In this document: piece by piece, positions 58,079 through 64,000 of the stretch
Layout of the letters: each line of letters starts with the position of its first letter
Position numbering within the stretch: position 1 is the first letter of the stretch
NCBI GenBank assembly: GCA_963921275.4
Contig: OZ001293.3
Location: 1 to 64,000, forward strand
Origin: an uncultured Hormoscilla sp.
Lineage (GTDB): Bacteria; Cyanobacteriota; Cyanobacteriia; Cyanobacteriales; Desertifilaceae
Direction of reading: 5' to 3'
DNA: 64,000 nucleotides
Notes under the pieces: model-generated
Databases searched by the model: none
Told to the model about the DNA's origin: nothing
What the model saw: only the letters and a program-made list of their open reading frames with translations
Made by a program: the position numbers and the translations under genes

Positions 58079-58532
58079 CATTCGCTAGGTTTTAACCTGG
58101 GGCTACAGAAATCCATCATCACAACCTGTTATTCTGCAACACTTGATTCACCTATTTTTTGACAAAATAATGCGTAATCCCAGCCCGCTTCCTTGTCGGA
58201 TATCCTTCTTGATTTAACCATCCAATAGCAGGAAAATCATAGCTTTCACAAATCCATAAAGAATGCATTCCTAAAATTAAAGATTCTCTAAAGCTTGAGA
58301 CTCTATTATCTATTGACACTGCTGAACTCTTGCGATTTTTGCACGACTGGCATTCCCCTCATATCGAAGGCGATCGCCAATTTAATCCTTGCCTGCCCAT
58401 CTAATATCCAGTTATTAGCCTCCTCGGAACAGCTGCACAACTGGCACCTCAATCAAGTCGAACAAAGTCTTGATAATTTGAGCAGGTCTAGAAAATCGGG
58501 TTTCCTGTACTTATAGTGATAAGTTTTTATTA

Positions 58533-59260
58533 TCAGAAAAGCAATACAGGAAAACGGAAGTTTTCAAAGTTTATAAATCCGTTTGACGCAAAATCCAACT
58601 TAATTATATTGTTAATTCCTTCCATTACGGCCCTGGTTGCATAACTAATAAAATAATTACAAATTCCCGCCAGGTGACTGTCAATCATCTGATCGCGCAG
58701 CGTGGCGCAGCCATGCAGATTTCTGAGGGAACAACGAGCGCATAAATTAACCATTTTTATAATTGACGTTTAGCCGACTTCAACGTCTTACTGGTTTCAT
58801 AGATAGCACGAAGTTCTTCTTTTAGTCGATCGGCAATAGTTAAACAAGGAGATTGTGCTAAAATTACTTCTAGTTTTTCCTGAGCGTCCCCATCAATATC
58901 TGCACCATTGCTTAACAATAAATATTTACTGCCTTTTTCGGTCACCGGTTCTGCGCAATTTGTTTAATTCACGATTGACATGCTGCATAACATGAAATCG
59001 ATCGTAAACTATTTCCGCATTTAGGAATAGTTTTTCGACAACTAAGGGATAACCTCCCCACATATCTATGCTGACAATGTCAACTCCTTCACGGACCTCT
59101 AAGTCAATCCCCGCTCGATATCTCTGGGGTAGTGCGAGTAGCGCGTCCCCTCTGGGGGATATCGAAGAGCGTTTCAACGATTTCCCATAAGTTTGTGAGA
59201 ATTGATTACTTCTAACAATACTCCGGACAGTTTTTTGAGCCCAGAACCTCCACATAGCAA
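58533..59260 (-). mobile_element. ISL3-family transposase remnant
   Basis: VSIDMWGGY, IVYDRFHVMQHVN, LKEELRAIYE, MEGINNIIKL, GF.NFENFR in broken frames. Confidence 0.8.
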
Positions 59261-59883
59261 GGGTTGCGGCCTACTGGCATCATTTTTTTCAATGTCAGCC
59301 CCAGGGCTAACTTGCAAAAAATGGCTCTATCGAATAAAGGCTGACGCTGCAAGGCTTGCAGCTACGTACACCCCAAACGGTCCGGAGTATTGAACTATAT
59401 GTGCTTAAGCAATGGTAACCCGACCGCTCAAGTAGTCCTGTAACTGCCGATTGTGATCATGAGATGGCTTACCCTCTGGCAGTGATGTCAGCTCAAAAGC
59501 CCTCCCCCCAGTCCACCAAGCCTCCGGGTAGTCCCCACAGACCATTGTTGCTACGTCGCACCAGCAGTATCCGACCATCAGCCAATCGCGGGATGATGGT
59601 AGTACCAGTGACCGGGTGACGGAAGAGCACACCCAAGACTGTTTGTACGAACTGCCATGACCGACGCATAAGTGATTTGTTAGTTGTGACAGGCCATCAA
59701 GCCCGGAAAAATCGAAAAATATTTTTAATCTTAGCATGAATCGCCCTCACAGGAGGTCGCAACTTGAGTTATACTCAGAAAATTACCACACATCGTCCAT
59801 GCCGATCGGGCACGGTCCACTGGCAACAGCATGCCCTCACCCGATAACTAGGCATTATTTTTGTTGTTAGTAATGAGGTGAAC

Positions 59884-60051
59884 ATGGCCAAGCGCCGCAA
59901 CCCCAAGAAAGAAAAGGCGCAGCGTAATCTAGCATACGCCCGCAAATTTCGCAAACGGAAAAATCCAGGTCGCTTCTCCAGACGACGGTTTGACAGGCAA
60001 CCGACAGCAGAGGAAGACGATATGGAAAAGGACTCCTCTGTAGCCAAGTAA
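59884..60051 (+). CDS. Small basic conserved cyanobacterial protein (55 aa)
   Basis: GAGGTG RBS; MAKRRNPKKEKAQRNLAYARKFRKR; not listed in the ORF track. Confidence 0.7.
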   Translation: MAKRRNPKKEKAQRNLAYARKFRKRKNPGRFSRRRFDRQPTAEEDDMEKDSSVAK

Positions 60052-60061
60052 AGTACGGGAT

Positions 60062-61480
60062 CTAACCTCCCGATACTGTGGCTAAGCGATCGCGTCCTGC
60101 TTGAATGGCTTTCCTGACCTGCTCGAAGCCAGTACCGCCGTAACTGTTGCGGGCGGCCACCACTTGCCGAGGGGCGATCGCCTGATAAATATCTGACTCA
60201 AAGGCCGGATGCAGGGCTTTCCATTCCTCCAAGCTTAGATCGTGCAGCAGTTTACCGGCGGCAAGGCTAGTTTTCACGGCCTTACCTACGAGATTGTAAG
60301 CTTCCCGGAAGGGAACGCCCCGCGCGGCCAGATAGTCGGCCACATCTGTGGCGTTAGAGAAATCTGACGCCACAGCTTGTTCTAGGCGTGAGGTCCGAAA
60401 TTCTATCCCCTCCTGCAGCAAGATCGTCATCGCTTGCAGACAGGCTTTCAGGGTTTTCACGCTGTCAAATAAGGCTTCCTTATCCTCTTGCAGGTCTTTA
60501 TTGTAGGCCATTGGCAGTCCCTTCATCAACACCAGCATGGCCTGGAGATGACCAAAAACCCGACCTGTTTTACCCCGCACCAGTTCGGGCACGTCGGGGT
60601 TTTTCTTTTGGGGCATAATGCTGGAGCCGGTAGCACAGCTGTCAGAGAGGGTGACAAAGCCAAATTCCTGTGACGCCCAGAGAATGATTTCCTCTGATAG
60701 GCGACTCAGGTGGACCATAATTAAGCTGGCGCTACAGAGAAATTCGATCGCAAAGTCCCGATCGCTCACTCCATCCAAACTATTACCATAGACACTGGCA
60801 AACCCCAGTTCCTCTGCTGTATATTGGCGGTCAATGGGAAAGGTCGTCCCCGCCAGGGCACCACAACCGAGGGGAGAAATATTTACCCGCTTCCAGACAT
60901 AACCCAAGCGTTCCCAATCTCGTTGGGCCATTTCAAAATAAGCCATCAGGTGATGTGCCAAACTTAACGGTTGGGCGCGTTGTAGGTGAGTGTATCCAGG
61001 GATTAATGTTTGGACATGGGCTTCGGCCAGGTCTAGCAATACCTCCTGAAACTGGCGGAGAGAAGAGCGAATTTGCTCTATTTGGTCCCGCAGATAGAGC
61101 CTCGTGTCAGTTCCTACCTGGTCGTTGCGCGATCGAGCCGTGTGCAGCTTTTTGCCCACATCACCTGCTATTTCTGTCAGTCGCCTTTCTACGGCCAAAT
61201 GGACATCCTCGGCCTCAATTCCGGGTTGGAATTTTCCTTGCCTGTATTCCGAGCGAATTTGCTCCAGTCCCGCCAGTAATTGTGACTTTTCTGCTGCTGA
61301 AATTATCCCCGTGCGGGCCAGCATTTTGGCATGCGCTCCCGAACCATTGAGGTCATATTCTATCAGCTCTATGTCAAAACCTATGCTAGCATTAAATTCG
61401 GCGATCATCGGGTGCAGCGCCTTTTCAAACCGCTGACTCCAAGTTTTTGCTTCTGGTTGCTGTGGTAATTTATTATTCAA
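60062..61480 (-). CDS. argH: Argininosuccinate lyase
   Basis: [45 protein letters not shown]. Confidence 0.98.
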   Translation of the reverse strand: MNNKLPQQPEAKTWSQRFEKALHPMIAEFNASIGFDIELIEYDLNGSGAHAKMLARTGIISAAEKSQLLAGLEQIRSEYRQGKFQPGIEAEDVHLAVERRLTEIAGDVGKKLHTARSRNDQVGTDTRLYLRDQIEQIRSSLRQFQEVLLDLAEAHVQTLIPGYTHLQRAQPLSLAHHLMAYFEMAQRDWERLGYVWKRVNISPLGCGALAGTTFPIDRQYTAEELGFASVYGNSLDGVSDRDFAIEFLCSASLIMVHLSRLSEEIILWASQEFGFVTLSDSCATGSSIMPQKKNPDVPELVRGKTGRVFGHLQAMLVLMKGLPMAYNKDLQEDKEALFDSVKTLKACLQAMTILLQEGIEFRTSRLEQAVASDFSNATDVADYLAARGVPFREAYNLVGKAVKTSLAAGKLLHDLSLEEWKALHPAFESDIYQAIAPRQVVAARNSYGGTGFEQVRKAIQAGRDRLATVSGG

Positions 61481-61488
61481 ATTTACAA

Positions 61489-61704
61489 CTAACCTCCATA
61501 GGTGGTAAACTTCCGCAATAAATACCCGATGATAATGCCGAGGATGAAAGCCCAGACCTGCCCACTTTCAATAAAGTTATTAAAGGCTTCCTTGACATTT
61601 GTTTCTAAGTCATTATCTATTTGCTGAGCTAATACTATCTGTCGCAAGTATAAATGCTGTCCAGAATCCCTGTCATTAATCAATTTGTTAACTTCCATTG
61701 CCAC
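61489..61704 (-). CDS. Small membrane protein
   Basis: [21 protein letters not shown] hydrophobic block; GGAG RBS. Confidence 0.65.
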   Translation of the reverse strand: MAMEVNKLINDRDSGQHLYLRQIVLAQQIDNDLETNVKEAFNNFIESGQVWAFILGIIIGYLLRKFTTYGG

Positions 61705-61716
61705 TTCTCCTGTTGA

Positions 61717-63195
61717 TTATTCACTATTATTAATTCGCATTACCACCAGAGTCATATCATCGGCATTGTCATTGCCCGGACCGATAAAATCATAGACCCG
61801 ATCGAACAGATAATCCAAAATCGCTTCTGGGTCGCTATATTGCTGACAAGCCCCCTGGAAAGCCGCGATCAAATTGTCTTCGTCGAAGCGATCGCCCTTT
61901 TGGTTAGGAGCATCAGTAAAACCATCCGTGTAATAAATAATCGTGTCACCCGGTTCCAGACGAGTTTGAGCATCCTCATATTCAGAATTCACATTCAGAC
62001 CGATCAGCATTCCCATTGTATCCAGGCGTTGGATAGTTTGAGTTGCCGCTTGCCACAAAAAAGGGGGATTGTGGGCAGCATTGCTGTAAGACAGGATGCG
62101 AGTTTGGGGGTTATACTCCGAATAAAACAAGGTCACAAATCGATTAGATTTTTCCAAATCGGCGTACATGGCATGGTTCAGGTGTTGGAGAATCTGCGCT
62201 GGTGAGTGGCCATTCATGACTTCTGCTCGCAGCATCCCCCGCAGCATAGTCATAATCAGACCTGCGGGAACCCCCTTACCCATAACATCTGCGATGGTCA
62301 CGCTCCAACAGCCCGATTCATTATCCCCACAACATGCCGGTCGCAGCGGATCGTGGCTGACGGGAATGAAATCATAGTAATCTCCTCCGACGTGGTTAGC
62401 TGTCTGGCAGCGAGCCGCCAGTTGTACTCCTTGAATTTTAGGACATTCGTGAGGCAGCAGTTGCAACTGAATTTCCGCACCTATTTCTAACTCCCGCGAG
62501 AGCCGTTCTTTTTTGCGCAGTTCGGCTGAGAGTTCGTCATTTTCAATCGCCACCGCCGTTTGGTCGGCCACCAACCGGACTAACTTCTGGCGGGTCTCCG
62601 TCCAGCTGTATTCCCGGTTCCGGCTCAAGATGTACAGACGCCCCCTTTCAGTTTTCTTGGCCAGAATTGCCGTGCCAAACAGCCGTGTATCGGGTCCTAA
62701 GTAATGGCTCACTTCCTGATCGAGGACTGCTGATATCTGGCTAGTATCAACCGGTTCGTCTCCATCCCGATTTTTCCGGAACGGTGGAGTGAATTGACGA
62801 TTGACTGTTTCCAGGGCTTTGCGGATATCCTGACATTGAACAGTATCGTGGCAATGTATTTGATCTAGCCTTAGCTGACCATTGGGCTTAAACAGCACCA
62901 AGGCACCACCATCGGCATCTGTCACCCGAGATGCGATCAGAGGAATTAATTCCAGAAACTGATTCAGGTTATTGAAGCTGCGCAGGGCAAACCCTAGAGA
63001 AATCAACAAGTCTTGGGTTTTATTCTGTTCGCGGCGCAACCGGGCCACCAGTTCCTTGAGGGCAACAACTGGGTTTTTTTCTGGTGAGGCAATGTCATTG
63101 ATGCCGCAGTGCAGATCGCTCGCACCAGTGTGAGAGTTCTGTTGGTCCGGCTGATGTGGAATGGGCAGAGTGGTCATCAGACAGCGGTATAGCAT
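61717..63195 (-). CDS. GAF + PP2C (SpoIIE/RsbU-like) phosphatase
   Basis: VGGDYYDF, IADVMGKGVPA, YTDG, DDMT. Confidence 0.92.
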   Translation of the reverse strand: MLYRCLMTTLPIPHQPDQQNSHTGASDLHCGINDIASPEKNPVVALKELVARLRREQNKTQDLLISLGFALRSFNNLNQFLELIPLIASRVTDADGGALVLFKPNGQLRLDQIHCHDTVQCQDIRKALETVNRQFTPPFRKNRDGDEPVDTSQISAVLDQEVSHYLGPDTRLFGTAILAKKTERGRLYILSRNREYSWTETRQKLVRLVADQTAVAIENDELSAELRKKERLSRELEIGAEIQLQLLPHECPKIQGVQLAARCQTANHVGGDYYDFIPVSHDPLRPACCGDNESGCWSVTIADVMGKGVPAGLIMTMLRGMLRAEVMNGHSPAQILQHLNHAMYADLEKSNRFVTLFYSEYNPQTRILSYSNAAHNPPFLWQAATQTIQRLDTMGMLIGLNVNSEYEDAQTRLEPGDTIIYYTDGFTDAPNQKGDRFDEDNLIAAFQGACQQYSDPEAILDYLFDRVYDFIGPGNDNADDMTLVVMRINNSE

Positions 63196-63605
63196 GGTCT
63201 AGAGGTTAAGGTTGATAGTAGTAGCTTCCAGAATCTGGTCTTTGTCTAGGGTAATTTTACGTAATTTACGGCTATACAGCATAGCATTATTTCCTGTAAC
63301 TTGACGGGCAGGAGTTATTTTAACGGTCATGCCTGTCGTGGTGTCTTTTGGGATCTTGATGTCTCTCGGGAACGCCAACGTACAAAAGAGGAAACACTGC
63401 GCCGCCATCGTTGACCTCATGTCAGTGACCAGTGGTGGTTGAAATAGGGTGAAAATTTGGTGCAAGCAGCCTTAATAACTAGGGTCTATCTCGTAAGTTA
63501 GTTGTGTAAAGAATTCTTACAATTAATCCCCATTGAGCATAAACAGAAAGAAAATGAACCATAACAAGCAAAAGCAGGAGGAGATCGATCGGGAAAGGTA
63601 GGAAG

Positions 63606-64000
63606 ATGAAACAGAAATCATTATGGAAACTGTTAACTGGGGCAATGGCGATCGGCTTTGTCATAGTCCTAGTTTGGGCACCAAGGACAGAGTCGAAAAT
63701 ACCACATGCTTTAAGAGAAAACCCAACAGCAAGTCCGCCAGCAGCGGAGGCGGTGGAAATTGCCCAAATCTTTGGCAGAACCCGTTACCAGAAACTCGCG
63801 GAAGCAGACAGATTTATTAAACTGGGAAATCTTGGGGAAGCGGAAAGACTCCAGCGGCAAGTAAAACCGGCATTTGCTGCTGCTAGTCCGCCACCAAAGC
63901 CGGTTTTGGAGATTTCTGATGCCTCTCCAGCGGCTCGGGTATACTGGCGAGAGGCGAATGCGGGTCTACAGCAAGGTCTGGAAAGCAAAACCTTCGTGCC
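63606..64000 (+). CDS. Secreted protein, probably M48-family peptidase N-terminus (runs off the window)
   Basis: Open frame MKQKSLWKLLTGAMAIGFVIVLVWA...YQKLAEADR...RVYWREANAGL; the catalytic motif is not in the window. Confidence 0.55.
   Translation, partial: MKQKSLWKLLTGAMAIGFVIVLVWAPRTESKIPHALRENPTASPPAAEAVEIAQIFGRTRYQKLAEADRFIKLGNLGEAERLQRQVKPAFAAASPPPKPVLEISDASPAARVYWREANAGLQQGLESKTFV

Noticed and set aside
59405..59737. 110-aa minus-strand ORF
   Set aside because: No recognisable motif or RBS; cannot be supported.
63199..63465. 88-aa minus-strand ORF upstream of the PP2C gene
   Set aside because: Possibly a gene remnant, but the start and family cannot be supported from the sequence alone.

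Overview
Cyanobacterial chromosomal DNA, probably from a filamentous Oscillatoriales-type organism (very frequent HIP1 GCGATCGC sites, heptamer tandem repeats, AGAAACCCGGTTTCT palindromes). Many genes are eroded by nonsense mutations, frameshifts and insertions. Core genes include a dispersed urease cluster (ureD, ureA, ureB, ureC), ribD, argH, a polar amino-acid ABC transporter, an aldehyde dehydrogenase, a HAL2/CysQ-like nucleotidase, tRNA-Ala(CGC) and an intein-bearing rtcB pseudogene. Mobile DNA is abundant: six complete ORF-less group II introns in two families (4 x 871 nt, 2 x 835 nt) plus a nested remnant, all on the + strand; an IS5; an IS607 with a Fanzor-like TnpB; an ISL3 remnant; and several families of tiny palindromic insertions. 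The least explained features are: (i) mosaic 21-bp (3 x 7 nt) tandem arrays upstream of two members of one uncharacterised 'MxDYIPxND' gene family, with a third decayed copy elsewhere; (ii) intron 3' ends that are not the canonical AY, fixed here by exon rejoining; (iii) a WGTCAGA-N16-CGTC ECF-type promoter found three times, two copies heading unrelated cargo genes that share a downstream element.
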